64,000 nt of DNA from Octopus sinensis (GCF_006345805.1 NC_042998.1:158410001-158474000), one strand, 5' to 3'. Numbered from the stretch's first letter, positions 1 to 14,194 are shown. The notes: generated by a model from the sequence alone, not told the origin. Numbers and translations: made by a program.

Positions 1-900
1 TGCTTTCACTGCACTATCGAATGCAGCTCTGTATGCCTTGGATATGTGCTGTGGTTTGTTGTGATGCTCTATTTTTTCTGTATTGAAAATGTTTTGCGTA
101 GGATGTCCGCGGTGTCTAGTAGTTCTATTTTCTGTATGTCATATATACTTGTTAGTCCTAGTGTTTTTCTTATGTATTTGTCTGAATATTTTTTTATCAT
201 ATCTAATGCGCCTACAATAGGGATTGTTTCTGTTTTTAGACTACACATTCGAGTTACCTCTTTGTCCCGATCCATGTATTTTGAAAGTTTTTCTGTTCCT
301 TTTAGAGAAACATTGTCATCTGCTGGTATTGATATATCAATTAGAAAGCATTTTTTCTTGATGATCTCTGACAAATATACCCCGTCTATTGGCCTTAATT
401 TCTCTATCTGTGTGTATTGGCATATCCTAGAGTATGGTTGCTTTCTCACTTTCTGTGACATTTTCTGACGTTTACCTATAACATCTTTTTTTCTGCTTTT
501 ATTCCGTTGTGTTGGCATGGCTTCCAGTGTATATAGGTCTCAACTCTGTCGTGTTTGTGAATATATTTCTACTTAGCCAGGACTGGGCAGTCAGAGACAA
601 TATGATTTACTGTTTCTTCTCCATATCCACATGTTCTGCAGTTAGCTGTATTTCTTTTCCTTACATGTTTTGGTAATTTCTGGTGGGAAGGCGTTGATCT
701 TGTGCCGCAATTAAAAATCCTCCAGTCTCTGCTTTGAGTTCTGAGGTTCTCAGCCATTGTTGGGATTTTACTTTGCCTATTTCTTTTCTGTTTAGTTTCT
801 TGCCATCGTTTTATAATGATGCGCAGCTGTTCCAGTTATAGTTTGGATTTCAGTTGTTTTACAGTTTTAGTTGTTTCTTCTTTTTCTTCATAGTTGTTAG
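1..900 (-). mobile_element. 3' fragment of a restriction-like-endonuclease non-LTR retrotransposon (R4/Dong-like), degenerate
   Basis: Minus-strand ORFs 569-757 (CRTCGYGEETVNHIVSDCPVLAK, CCHC zinc knuckle) and 69-518 (KKCFLIDISIPADDNVSLKGTEKLSKY...TADILRKTFSIQ, RLE C-terminus), with frameshifts/stops between them. Confidence 0.85.
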
Positions 901-1197
901 GCATTATGACTTTATTTCTGTATTTGTCAACTTCCTTAAAGACTGAAAACAGTTTTTTTTTGTTTTGTTCGTGTTTTGTGGGAATTTATATTAGTTTTCC
1001 TTGCTTCTGAAGTAGATATTTCTGCAGTCCTATTTATTTTGTAATAGGTTTCTAGCAGTATAAGGTCTCTACCACCTTCGATACGTTGTATATATTTATT
1101 ATTATTATTATTATTACTTTTTTTTCTTCTTTCAAATTTGCTTCCATTTCTTGCCGGTTGTCTTCCCGACTCCTAGGGCAAAGAAACTCATAGTATA

Positions 1198-1198
<1 letters not shown>

Positions 1199-1287
<89 letters not shown>

Positions 1288-1755
1288 GTTTATATATTTG
1301 TTTTGCAAGATTTTTTATGTGAAATCGTGTGTTGAAACAGATTCTGTTGTATTTAGGAATGGTCATTTTGCCAGTTTAGCCAATAAAAACACACGCACTA
1401 TATATTTGGTGCTACTTTGGTTCAGCGTTATTCTTTTTTTACATTAATCTTAATCTTATTTCGGCCAGAGTACTTTCGTTACATTCATGTGACCTCATCA
1501 GTGGTCCTTTGCTTTCTTCTTTCTTATTTGTGTGTCTCTCCTTACTAACGGTCAGCCATTTTGTATTTTGTATTCCTATTGTATGTATCTTCATTTGCGC
1601 ATGCGTATACCTCTATATGTGTCTACGTTTAGTTAGTGTGGGTGTGTGGGGGGAAGTGCCTGTAATATTTGTATCTCCTGTTTATATACGTTCATGTAAT
1701 TTTTTTTTGTTCTTGTTTTTGTTTAGTTTTATTCTGTTCATGCGTTTACACCTAC

Positions 1756-1816
<61 letters not shown>

Positions 1817-1824
1817 TACTACTA

Positions 1825-1868
<44 letters not shown>

Positions 1869-1885
1869 TATTATTATTATTATTG
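1199..1885. repeat. (ATT)n microsatellites (1199-1287, 1757-1885); window-wide (TA)n, (CA)n, (GATA)n, (TATG)n and (TTC)n tracts
   Basis: Direct inspection; other examples (GATA)n 12633-12755, 21800-21925, 43477-43570; (TTC)n 27918-28025; (TATG)n 46083-46235. Confidence 0.95.
1463..1506 (-). ncRNA. Minimal type I hammerhead ribozyme-like motif
   Basis: Minus strand reads GACCA-CTGATGA-G-GTCAC atgaat GTAAC-GAAA-G TA CTC-TGGCC: intact core, stem II 4/5 bp, palindromic AGTACT stem III, CUC cleavage triplet, stem I 4/5 bp. Confidence 0.6.
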
Positions 1886-2269
1886 CTATTTTTAATGTAT
1901 ATATTTATTTACTTCCATTTGTTTATTTATCAGTGTATTTTATTTTATTATGTTTGTAGTTTTGCTTATATTGTAAAGGCATCCCCACAAGAGAGTACTC
2001 TTGAAATAGAAATAGAAACTAATACTATGGAGAGCATCCAACAAATACCTAACTTCATCCACCAGAGTATTAAGGTCACGATAGACTACCCCACTAAACA
2101 CCCTAATCATAGGGTGTTAGCGGAAACGTAATCGTATACAAGACTTTTTCTCAGGTTTAAAACCTGACATTGTTTTCGTTATCTACATTCGAAAAAATGC
2201 TTTGTATTTGTGTTAGACACTATCTCTTTCTTCAAAGGTAGAATTCAAATTATCAAGGAACAGAACACA

Positions 2270-2313
<44 letters not shown>

Positions 2314-2936
2314 CATCTTACATTTATACATACCAATAGATATATATATTGATACATGTATATATTCATAAGGATAAATGCGCACGCACACACACACACG
2401 CACGCACACACACACACACACACAACACACACACAAAATACAGAGTACTAAGAAGAGAATTCAGTTCTTTAACTCACCTTGGAATACCTGTATTTCAAAG
2501 GTCCAACCTGTCACAAACGTTAAGGGTATGTGTGTCTGTGGAATGCCCACTCTCTTGCATATTTATATCACGAGCAAGCTGTCCCGTTGTTCGATCTACA
2601 GGAAACCTTGTCGTCATACCCGACGGAATGCCAGATTGTGCATATAAGCAAATGTTTGTACCGTTTTGCTATATATAGATTTGTGCGTGAGAGTGCATGT
2701 TTTGTACGCATGTGTATATACGTGTGTGTGCGCGTGTGTGATTGTATCCGTGTGTGCTTATGCGTGTGAGTGTGTGTGCGTACGTAAGTGTGCGCATGTG
2801 TGTGCGAGTGTATGTGTTTATGTGTGCGTGTATGTGCCTGTGCTTGTGTGTATGAGTGTGTGTGTGTGTGCCTGTGTGTGTATGCGTGTGTATGTGGTTG
2901 TGTGTGTGTGTGTGCGTGTGTGTGTATGCATATATC

Positions 2937-3200
2937 TTACTTGTTTCAGTCATCAGCCTGCGGCTATGCTGGAGCACCACCTTCACGAACTTTTAGTCAA
3001 ATGACTCGATCTCAACGCTTATGTTTAAGCTTGGTACTAAATTTATCAGTCCCTTTTGCTGAACTGGTAATTTATGGGACGTATACACACCAACACCGGT
3101 TATCAAGCGGTGGTGGGCAACAAACGCAGACACAAACACACACACACACATACCATACATATATGCATACATACATACATACCCTACAGACATACAAACG

Positions 3201-3235
<35 letters not shown>

Positions 3236-3330
3236 TTAATCTACTCAGAAGCTTTTGGTCAATTCCAGACTATAGTAGAAGAGACTTGTCCAATGTGCTA
3301 CGCGGTGGAACTGAAACCATATAGCTGGAA
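2937..3330 (-). mobile_element. SINE family A copy (tRNA-like head, internal microsatellite, CR1-like tail)
   Basis: Tail tacttgtttcagtcat...gcggctatgctggagcacc at 2937 and head region ...gcggtggaactgaaacc at ~3315, matching the 17405-17779 copy. Confidence 0.75.
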
Positions 3331-3559
3331 AGCGCCTATATGTGTATGTCTGTACGTATATTTATGTGCATATGTATGTTTATTTGTATTTGCGTGTATA
3401 TATATATATATATACATATGTGTGCGCGCGCGTGTGCGTATGTGTGTATGTGTATGTGCACATGTGTATATGTCTACATAAGTCTAAATACACACATAAC
3501 ACACCAAAATAATGCTTATAGCTCACAAAAAAACAAAAACATTATGCTAGCCGCTAGGT

Positions 3560-3990
3560 TCATCTTAGTCAAATACCAGGGAGCAAGTCTGCTCACTGTT
3601 CTAATATAAGGATGCGCTAAAGGCCTATTGAACACCTGCGAGATAAACCTGAAGACATAGGAATTGCAAACACCGAATAGAGTCCAGTGAAGAAACACTT
3701 GCTAGAGTCCAGTGAAGAACCTCGTGCTACCAGCTATGTCCGACTTTGAAGCAACCAGAGTCAACAGCGTGAAGGAGAAATGAGCGCAATATATAACTGG
3801 GTTCAGTCCAATCTACCCACCAATGATGAAAACAGCTACTGCAACATGTGCAACCGGATCTGCAAATCCCGGATAGGTCTGAATTTCTACATAGGACGAC
3901 AGAACAAAACATTGAATTAAGAACACTGTGCAGCTGTGTCCTGCAGAGCCCTTAATTGTCGAACCAACGAATGACTCCTGCAGAAGCAAG
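3560..3990 (+). mobile_element. RTE-clade LINE 3' relic
   Basis: Translation with stops gives YKDALKAY..CEINLKT*ELQTPNRVQ*R followed by YCNMCNRICKSRIGL, resembling the RTE C-terminal region and terminal C2H2-like motif. Confidence 0.6.
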
Positions 3991-5676
3991 AGTTGCAACA
4001 GTAACAATAGTTACTATGTTATTATTGTTATCTACGTTATCACGTTCTATAGAGAGATGCAGTATGGTCGAATGGTTGAAAATTTCACTTTGTAATCACA
4101 ATTCCTGATCTAACACCATTTCGTTTTGTCATCTCCGTCTATTTGGTTTCACTAGCAAGGCTTGAGCCTTACGAGTGAAATCGAATAAACGGAAACTGTG
4201 CAGAATCTCGTCAGACTGATTTGTACAGGCAATGGAAAAAGTCATCCTTGATACAATGCATCACCTTGATCCTATTTGAGAATCAGCATGTTCGAGAAAC
4301 ACCCAGCCTCTTTAATTCAAGAAGTAGATATTTCAGTTGATCAAACATGGCCCCTCATCATCGAAACTAACGTAGTGCCATTTTTTATTGTTCTAAATTA
4401 TTAGATTGATTCTCTAAACAGCCCTCTCTCTCCTTCTCTCCCCTCTCTCTCTCTCTCCCTTTCTCTCTCTTTCTCCCTCTCTCTCTCTCTCTCTCTCTCT
4501 CCCAATATAGTGTTATAGCTGCATATACAACCAAAGCAAAGCTTTCTGAAAGATTGATAAAAACTCACCAACACATTTGAGCTCCTAATTCATTATTATG
4601 TTTTCTCACTTTGTCTATCCTATCGCTACTACGACGATGTATGCTCCTCTGAACTAGTTAGTTGTATATTATATACACCTAATACTATAAAATTGTGAAT
4701 AAACATAGCATAAATGCTTAAAAATAGCATAAATGCAACTGTGAGTTGTGTTATTTTAATGACAACTGAAAATTAAACGATAAAGCTTTAGAATTAATTT
4801 ATATTATGTTAGGTAGAGTAATTAATAAGAAAAAAATAAACTGAGAGTAACTTCATGAGTTAGATAGAGATCGGAAAATAGAGGAAAGAGAGTGATACTG
4901 GGTAACTGAAGGATGACGAAAAGAGAGACAAACACTCGTAGTTTGAAAGACTGAAAGAGAAGGCGCCTTATGCAGGAAAGAATGAAGACTTAGGGATAAA
5001 AGCACCAAGGAACAGATACCAAATAAGAAAGAAAACTAAAGAAGGAAAGAGTCACTAAGAAAAAGAAGAGAGAAAAGATATAAATGAGCGGAGGTGGGGA
5101 TAGGAAAAGATAAGAGAAAATGCGATAAAGTCAGGAATATATCACAGTAATGGATAGGGAATGAAATAAAGATTGTGTGAAAGAAAGAGTGTGAATAGAG
5201 AAAGCACGAACTAATCGGGTTAGCTAGGGGGTTGGAATAGAAACGGTTCTATTACGATAGGAGCTTCTCTATTTTGTCTATTGGTCGACCTTTGACCGCA
5301 ATTACTGTGCCCATCGTTTTAATTTCATACAGCAGCACACAATTAGATTTACTTTCTAATCACTATTGTAACAGCTCTTTCTCAAGTGAATTTGATTAGA
5401 CTCGGTTCTCTGTATCATGATAGTTGTGTATTGTTAGCGATGGGACTGCTTAAGCACACCTGAATCTCTGTACACATACATGCATACATGCATACGGAGA
5501 GACAAATACTCACATGAATACATATACACACATATATTCTGTATGAATAAGCACAATCTCAGTATATTGGTGGGTTTGCATCAATGGATTATATGCATAT
5601 TAATCTATGTACTATATTTGCAAATTCAAATTAACGCATACATTCTTTTTTATAAACATACATACATCCTTATATA

Positions 5677-5778
<102 letters not shown>

Positions 5779-7845
5779 ATGTATGTATGTATGTACGTAT
5801 GTATCTACGTGTGTGTGTGTGTATGTCCTAACATTCTATCGAAGAATGATACTTAACATCACAAATATTTCTATACATACACACACACACGTAGTATATA
5901 TGTTATGTGTACATGCAAATGTGTGTGTGTGTGAGTGTAAGGAGAGTGAGAGAGAGGTGGAGGTGACACTATGTGTGGTAAAAATCTACTCTATAGATAT
6001 TATTACTCGCAAAACCCCGATAGCATCTCTCAAAGTTTCCGCAGATCATAGCGATAATTGACAAGCTGTGTTAGAAGAACACATTTTCATAGGCTGGAAA
6101 TGATTTTCTTAAGAAATGATTTTCTCAACGCAGTACCGAAAGTCTTAGGTTAGCTTACCTCCTCACCAAAGACTTGGAAGTGAAGCCTCTCGCATACGCC
6201 GACCCCCAATAGTTATTCACATATATGTTTTTCATATACTTAAATATGTTCCTAGCTTTGGCAAAAAGTATAACCTCTCATAGTTTAATGACCGTTACAT
6301 CCCACCACCTTTTGAATGCTATGTTATAAATTACTTAAAAGCAAATGTGCTATTGAATATGACCGTGAATGTCGTTTATGTCATATTTCTGCGGAAGGTT
6401 TTACACGTGTGGTCAGTATGCACAAAATGTCATTCTGTTAATTTCCAAAGAGCGTGTTGTTGCTGAAAAAGATATTGAAAACATGCATATCAATCAAGTC
6501 TTATTGGTAAGACTTCCTCACTGGAACTTTCTCACTGAAACTTCAGTCAATTCTACAACACAGACGAAAAATGATGTGCAGTTATAGAGATCAGCTTCCT
6601 TGAAGATGAGAAGAGTCCTTCCAAAGTCCGTGAGAAACAAAAGAACATTTACAACCAAATACCTGAAAACCTTTTTTATTTTTTAGCTAGTTGCTATTGA
6701 TACACGTTTCTTTAGTTTATCTAACTAAAGATCTAAATGGTATTTCGAAAAGCAAGAATTTTCATACAAATAAAGTAACCAACTAACAGATACTCTGCAA
6801 ATACACTCTGAAAGTAGAATAATAAAAATATGTAAGACTTTTTCTGAAGTTCAACATGTAACTCTTCACTATCGTTGGTATCTAAGTACCCACTAAACAC
6901 CATTTAGGTACGATAGATGGTATCTAAATACCATTTATAGAACTTTGGTTCTCGCTTAGAAACCAGTATTTTAAGAAGATGCATATAAAAAACAAAAACA
7001 AAAGATGTAACAAGCGCAATCTAAGTATAATGTCTTCATTTCTGTTCACGAAATTTCTTAATTTATTGAAAATGTCCCTATAATAAGAGAAAAAAGAAAA
7101 TATAATTCTAGCAGTCATTGTTAGGAAGTCTCAGAAAAGCCTATGGTAGAGGACACTCACGAATGTGCTCCACATTGAGATCGAACAGGGAGCCACGTGC
7201 TTTATAGCGAACCTCTTACCCACGTAGTCATTTTTGTGACTTCAGTTTTGCTAGGTTAGACGTTGTTGTTCAGTTCCAAGTCGGTCCTGACGAAGCCGAT
7301 CTTTTATTAAAGAAGCTCTGTTAATGACGATCCCGCACCACATTTTTTTCAAAAATCCAGAACGATAATATTCGATGTGTCTTATTTTTTTTTTAAAAAA
7401 AAGAGTGTATGCGGCTGCTAATTGTAGCAAGTCGAACAGCCATATATTGAAGAGTAACGTTCCATCAAGGTTGTTAGTTTGCTGGTTATGTTATTTATTG
7501 GTTGTTCAAATTTGTTCTATTTTCTTTTTTATTTTCCATTGGTATCGGCAGCCATCTTGTTTCTACATAGATATATTATATATTTATATTGTTACAGAGA
7601 TGGTTTATTGTGTACGCGAAGAATAATGGCTATGTAAATGATAGATGGAAAATATATTTACAGCCCCTGTTAGGAAATAAGACAAATCTAAAACATAATA
7701 AAAACATGAATATTTTGACCACAATGGTGTTATTTCGAAAGCTTCCTTTTTCTCTTCTAATATTGCCATGGTCATCTTTAAAAATGTATGTCTCTGTATC
7801 TCTTTCAACACTGACATAGCACATATGCAAATATATAAATATTAG

Positions 7846-7892
<47 letters not shown>

Positions 7893-8026
7893 TAGAGGGA
7901 AATACTAGAACATATTTGCAAGCAATAATAAAAATGCACATATGTAATCGCAAACATATGCAAAAATGGTTTGAATTATCATCCACATTTGTTCGCTGCT
8001 AGATGTGTGTGTGTGAGTGTGTGTGA

Positions 8027-8079
<53 letters not shown>

Positions 8080-9159
8080 TGTGTGTGTGTGTGTGCGTGC
8101 GCGCGTGCATTCGTTTGTGTGCTTGAGTGTGTGTGAGAGTGCAAACGAAACGCTTAGACGTTGACACAAATATAAATATAAACAAAAAGAACACAACCAC
8201 AACACTCGTAGCTGTCATTTTTACTGAATATTTATTTATTTTTATCATTTTCCATAGAGAACAATAGCGACATCAGATATTTAGTTTTCTCATTATGCAA
8301 GCTAATTCCTTTTTTTTTTTCTATTTTGGAAATTTGAAGAATATTTTTTAATGTCTCCTACCCAGCCAGCCTGCCTGACTATTTTTTTGCACACAAAGAA
8401 GAAACAAGGAATTTTCAATCACAAAATAAGCATCTATGAAGTGAAAAGATCACGTGTGCATGCGTATGAGTATTGTGTGCGCGTGTTCATATGTGCCTGT
8501 GTGTGATTGTTCGTGCGTTCCTCTGTGTGTGTGTGTGTGATGCTGGGTATGCGTGTAATTAAGTTTATGTCTCATATAAGCAAGAATACATACATATCGA
8601 TTAAAGTAAAGCAATAATATAAAAAAAATTAACAAAAAATACCGCAACATAATACGTGTAACATTAATTTCTAATACTTGTATAAAGCCACAATTGTTTC
8701 GCTTTTTGGTTCTTTCTTTCTTTTTTTTAAAGTCTAAATCTCGATCTTTGAAGTACTTGACGGATATCTGCAATAGGCGGTATTTGTTCATCTCGGTTCT
8801 CAATGTTCAAATGGTACCAGAGTCAACTATGCCTTTCATTCTTTCAGGGGCGATAAATTAAGCATTATTTCGGACCTGGTGGGGATGGGGATGGAATCAG
8901 TTGCTCTCTTGCCTTTTTTCTCTGTAGATGGTACTTGTAAATCCAACGCGAAACTTTGTCACATTGATTTGGATTTACGTTAAGAGTACATGTGTCTGTG
9001 GAATCTCAGCCGCGCACACATTGATTAAACACTTTGCAGATAACTGATTCAGGCCGACAGAGAATCCACCAGTACATATTTTACCAATCCCGTCAGTCGG
9101 AAAGGCAAAGTTAATAATCCTGGCTGGATTTTTTAAAATGTGTGAATGTATATTTTATA

Positions 9160-9447
9160 AGGGATTTGGTAGACAGAAACTTCAGACGGAAGCCTGTCGT
9201 ATATGTAAATATATATATGCGTGTGTGTGTGTATGTGTATCTTTGCGTCTGTCTCCCCTCAATCGCTTAACAACCGATGTTGGTGTGTTTATTCCCCGTA
9301 ACTTAGCGGTTCGGCAAAAAGAAACCGATAGAATAAGTACTAGACTTGTAAATAATATTCCTGGAACCGAATTCTTCGACTAAAAAAAACGTTTAAGGTG
9401 ATGCTCCTGCATGACCGCAGTCAAATGACTGAAACAGGTAAAAGAAC
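9160..9447 (+). mobile_element. SINE family A copy, 5'-truncated
   Basis: ggatttggtagacagaaact...(TA/TG)n...cttagcggttcggcaaaaagaaaccgatagaataag...ccgcagtcaaatgactgaaacaggtaaaag. Confidence 0.8.
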
Positions 9448-9455
9448 ATGTAAAT

Positions 9456-10068
9456 ATTATATCATAATATATAATCTCCAATTTAAAGCGAGGTTTTATA
9501 AACAATTGACTGAAAACTGATGAGCTAACCAGAATCGAACCCACATATCAACGTTCACACGGCTCCATGCGCATCCGATTGGGCCAAACGCTCGCCCATC
9601 AACTTCGGCCAAATTTTATGAATATATACTTTAACTGTCTAATACTACATATAATATTTGTAAGCAAATCCGGAAGGCTTTGTAAGTTACGGAGAGAAAG
9701 CAACCATGGAGGTCTCTTAGTACAATAATAACTATATAATAATAAGCGTTAATATGTGGGTTCGATTGTGACTTCAGTTAGCTCATCATTTTCCAGTCAA
9801 TTGCATATATAACATTTCGCTTTAAATTGGAGAATATATATTATTATGATATATCATCATATAGTTATTGTACTAAGAAACTTCTATAGTCACTTTCTCT
9901 CTGTAATTTACAAAGCCTTCCGGGTTTGTTTACAAGTATTATATGTAGTATTAGACAGTTAAAGTATATTATTCATATATTTTGCTTGGCTGAAATTGAT
10001 GCGTGAACGTTTGGCCTAACCAGTTGCTCATGGAAACCGTGTAAGCGTTGATATGTGGGTTCGATTCT
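9456..10068. repeat. Compound inverted duplication containing tRNA-like A/B boxes
   Basis: 9456-9530 is the reverse complement of ~9776-9853, and 9531-9735 of ~9858-10068; TGGCCCAATCGG / GGTTCGATTC boxes on the minus strand at ~9531-9590 and similar boxes on the plus strand at ~10010-10068. Confidence 0.75.
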
Positions 10069-10073
10069 TCTAC

Positions 10074-10108
<35 letters not shown>

Positions 10109-10610
10109 GTAAGATAGGGGTTATGAAAGTAACCCACTATGGGATATCAGTTATCCAATATACTGCTGGTAAAATACCCAAATACTAGATACATAAATGC
10201 TTATAATTGCAATGCAATTAATTCCTTTATTGTATTGGATGGGTGAAGCAAAAAAATAATTTACCGTAAATTCATAATACAAATAAGAAAATGGAGGAAC
10301 AAATTCATTTCGATTATTACAATTTCATATTATTTATTAATTATACAAATGGGAACATGAAAATCGAACAAAACAATATACATCAATATGTAATATAATA
10401 AAAATAAGAATAATACAAATAAACTTCTCCTTACAGCTGTTTAAGCCTATGGTCAAGAGTTAATTCAACTTAAATTGCCTATAGATGCCATTCTAATATA
10501 GTCCTAGGCATTAAAGATTATATTTGTATGTTAAAATAACCAAAGACCTCGTTAGAGGATATACATAACTATAAAAGTATAATAATAATATTGATATATA
10601 AAAAACATGC

Positions 10611-10646
<36 letters not shown>

Positions 10647-11024
10647 ACAACAACAACAACAACAACAGTAGCAGCAACATATATGTTCAAGTAAAAATAA
10701 GAATGTGTTCTAGTTTTAAGATGGTTCATTTTTCTCTTGATTTCTGTGCGTACGTTTTTTATATTTTGTAATAATAGGGTCTGTAAATTCACCATCAACG
10801 TTTCTAGGCCTTCATAGTCTCATCTTCTGGATGATGTGATGTTGGTACGGGTGCCTCCAAGTAAGTGGTAGGACCAGTGTGATGGCATTAGCGCCAGACT
10901 TTTACTTTTTTACTCTTTCACTTACAAATTTTCAGTCAGTGGTTTATGTCTGCTATTGATTGGCTTATGTTATCTGTGTGATTAAATTAGCACTGCTACA
11001 CTGTTATCTTTTATCTTTTATCCG

Positions 11025-11445
11025 TTTTCTTTTTACTTGTTTCAGTCATTAAATTATGACCATGCTTTGGCATCGGCATCAAGAATTTTAGTCGATTGTA
11101 TCAACTCCAGTACTAATATTTTTTGAAAGCCTAGTACTTATTTTGTCGGTCTCTTTTGCCGAACCGCTACTTTACGTAAATGGAAACACATCAACACTAG
11201 TTAGTTGTCAAGCGGCAGTGAAGGACACACGCACCCACACCCACACCCACACACTTACACACATACTCACACACAGACACAAACATATATGACGCGCTTC
11301 TTTCATTTTCCTCTACCAAATCCACCCTCAAGGCTTTGGTCGGCCCTAGGCTATAAAAGAAGACACTTCTACTCAAGGTACTACACGGTGAGACTGAACC
11401 TGGAAACATGTGATTGGGAAGCAAAATTCTTATCGAACTCCTGCC
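11025..11445 (-). mobile_element. SINE family A copy
   Basis: ttttacttgtttcagtcatt tail, ctcttttgccgaaccgct, (CA)n core, ctaccaaatccac...aaggctttggtcggcc, head gactgaacctggaaacatgtg. Confidence 0.8.
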
Positions 11446-12632
11446 CCTATGAATTATTTCTTTTATGATTAATCTATTATTGCTGTAACGAATCAGTTCA
11501 TTACGAGGGATGTATTGTTTTCTGTTTATTTTCATTCTGCGTTGTGAAGTGTTATATCGGGGAATTGCTGTTCGATATCAAAGTATGATATCGAACCGTA
11601 TCAGCAAATCACATGCAAGCCCAAATCTTAAATCCTCTTTCAAAAACTTCAGGTGTGCACTTTTGTGCCCACTTTTTCACAGTCATTTTCACCCCATTTA
11701 TGTCATTAATTATTGTTTCTGTTTGGTCCAATGAAGCATGGCCTTCTAATGCTTCCAGCAGATTAGAGCAGACTTTCACTTTTCTATCCTTTCATTTCGT
11801 GTGTTGTATCCTGTTTGCACAGACTTTCCTGTACCAAAAGTCTTCCATCATCTTCTGTAATGTATTGTGACCAGACATTCAATTGTACAGGAATTGTGAC
11901 TCGCCAGAATTAATTCATCCACTCGCTAGCGAGTCGTGTCAATGTTCTCATTTCACTGTCTCCTACTGCGTGGAGTTTTTTCATTCATTTTTGACAGTAG
12001 CGTGAATTCCATAAAGAAGCAGTATTTTTTCTTCACCTCTCTTTCAAGACCACAATGATGCTAGGTTGCTTCTGCTTCGAACAGTTATTTATCTGCAATC
12101 AAACACCGGAAATAGGGGAAGAAATTTAATACAAAAGTTTTCGGAGAATTGATGTGATATTTGATGTTGTCCTCTGAATTTGTGTGCGTGTTTTGTCACC
12201 GGATCAACAATTTAGAGAAGGCTTAGTTGATCCAATTGGTGATAGGATGGTTTACTTTGATGCTCAATCGTGTCTACTAGTGTACGAACTCACACAAAAA
12301 CGCGACCGCGCAAATTCAATTCGGATCCGTTTGATTCTCTCTTTAATATGTATCGACTTCTAATTTCCATCGAAAACAACCATTTGGCATATTTAAAATG
12401 ATTCTCTCTCCAGTCACATCCACCAGAGTATATTTAGATTGTCCCTCTCCGCCCCCCACACAAACGTTATAAAATAAAATGTAAGGTATTACTAATACAT
12501 GAAATATAACGGGAAATCACAGACTGTTACTTAGTTTAAATGTCAACGCCTTCTCACTGTCTTCTTGCTGTTTACTCCCTGATCGTCGAGTAGTCACGTG
12601 AAAACACATGACATTTGACAAAATTGATTTTG

Positions 12633-12709
<77 letters not shown>

Positions 12710-12710
12710 A

Positions 12711-12756
<46 letters not shown>

Positions 12757-12769
12757 ATGCGTGTATATA

Positions 12770-13458
12770 TATATATATATGGCATAGTTTCGGTTGTAGT
12801 AGCACAGATTTCCGTCGATTTCCGTAAAAAACTTTTATTTTTTTACATAAGTAATGAGAGCGAAAGAGACTAAGAGGAAGCGATTTTATGACGAGAAGGT
12901 TTCTCTTTGAAGTCGGCCTGTGTGTGTTTGATGGGGTGTGGGAGACAGACAGTATGTTGTGTAAGTGAAGTGCTTCTGTTAGTGTGTGCGAAGAGACAGA
13001 CATACATATACACATACACCGAGTAAAAAATTACGATGAATCGGCCATACATACATACATACACACACACACACATACATACATACACACACATACATAC
13101 ATACATACACATACTTACACACACACACATACATAGATACATACACACACACACATACATGCATACATACATATACACATACACCGAGTAAAAAATCAGT
13201 TATCTCTCTCTTTCACACATTACTCTCTCTGTCTCTTCGCACACACTAACAGAAGCACTTCACTTACACAACATACTGTCTGTCTCCCACACCCCATCAA
13301 ACACACACAGGCCGACTTCAAAGAGAAACCTTCTCGTCATAAAATCGCTTCCTCTTAGTCTCTTTCGCTCTCATTACTTATGTAAAAAAATAAAAGTTTT
13401 TTACGGAAATCGACGGAAATCTGAGCTACGACATGCGAAACTTCGCCATATATATATA
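12770..13458. repeat. Long inverted repeat between (TA)n tracts
   Basis: 12805-13000 is an exact reverse complement of 13228-13423 (196 bp by eye); the outer ~24 bp are related but mismatched. Confidence 0.9.
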
Positions 13459-13497
13459 TATATGTATATACATACGTATATACATATATATACATAC

Positions 13498-13556
<59 letters not shown>

Positions 13557-14194
13557 CGTATATACATACATATACGTACATACATATAAATATGCTTTTA
13601 CATAAACATAAGTAAAGAAAGAAACAAAGAAACAGAAAAAAAAAGAAAGAAAAATTGTGTGGGTGTGATCGAATTGACACCTAAGCTGTGACACAAGGAG
13701 GGATATCTCGGTTTGAACAGATAGTTTACCAGAAAACGTTTGATGTGTTTTTAAAAACATGTGCTAAAACTAAACAATAGTAGTGTTAGTGTAAAACGGA
13801 AAAGGTGCAAAGAGAGACGCAAACAAAAAAGAAAAAGAGGGAAAAGAGAGAAAGATTGAGTGAGATTCAGAGAGGTGATTAGGAGGGTGGAAGAGTGTAT
13901 GTGCGAAGGGGTTGGCCGACTCCACGTTTGGTGTTGATATTTGATGTTGTCATTGATGGCGGCCAGCATTGTTCGTCTCACGAACATTAACATAGTGGTG
14001 TCAGTTTTTGGTTAAAGCAGCAATCAACCCTCGTTCACTGAGTTTAGGTGTCCGCACCTAGCCAGACCTCGTAAACAAGGTCAACGTACTCGATGGGTTT
14101 TGTTAGATATACTTTGGTGGGTTTCTATTTCAAACTGTTTACACCTACCGGCCCAGCTATATACAATCAAACCAATGTTATAATGTAGTGTGTG

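Noticed and set aside
9516-9545. CTGATGAG...CGAAC resembling a hammerhead core
   Set aside because: No stem II pairing; GAAC is part of the antisense B box.
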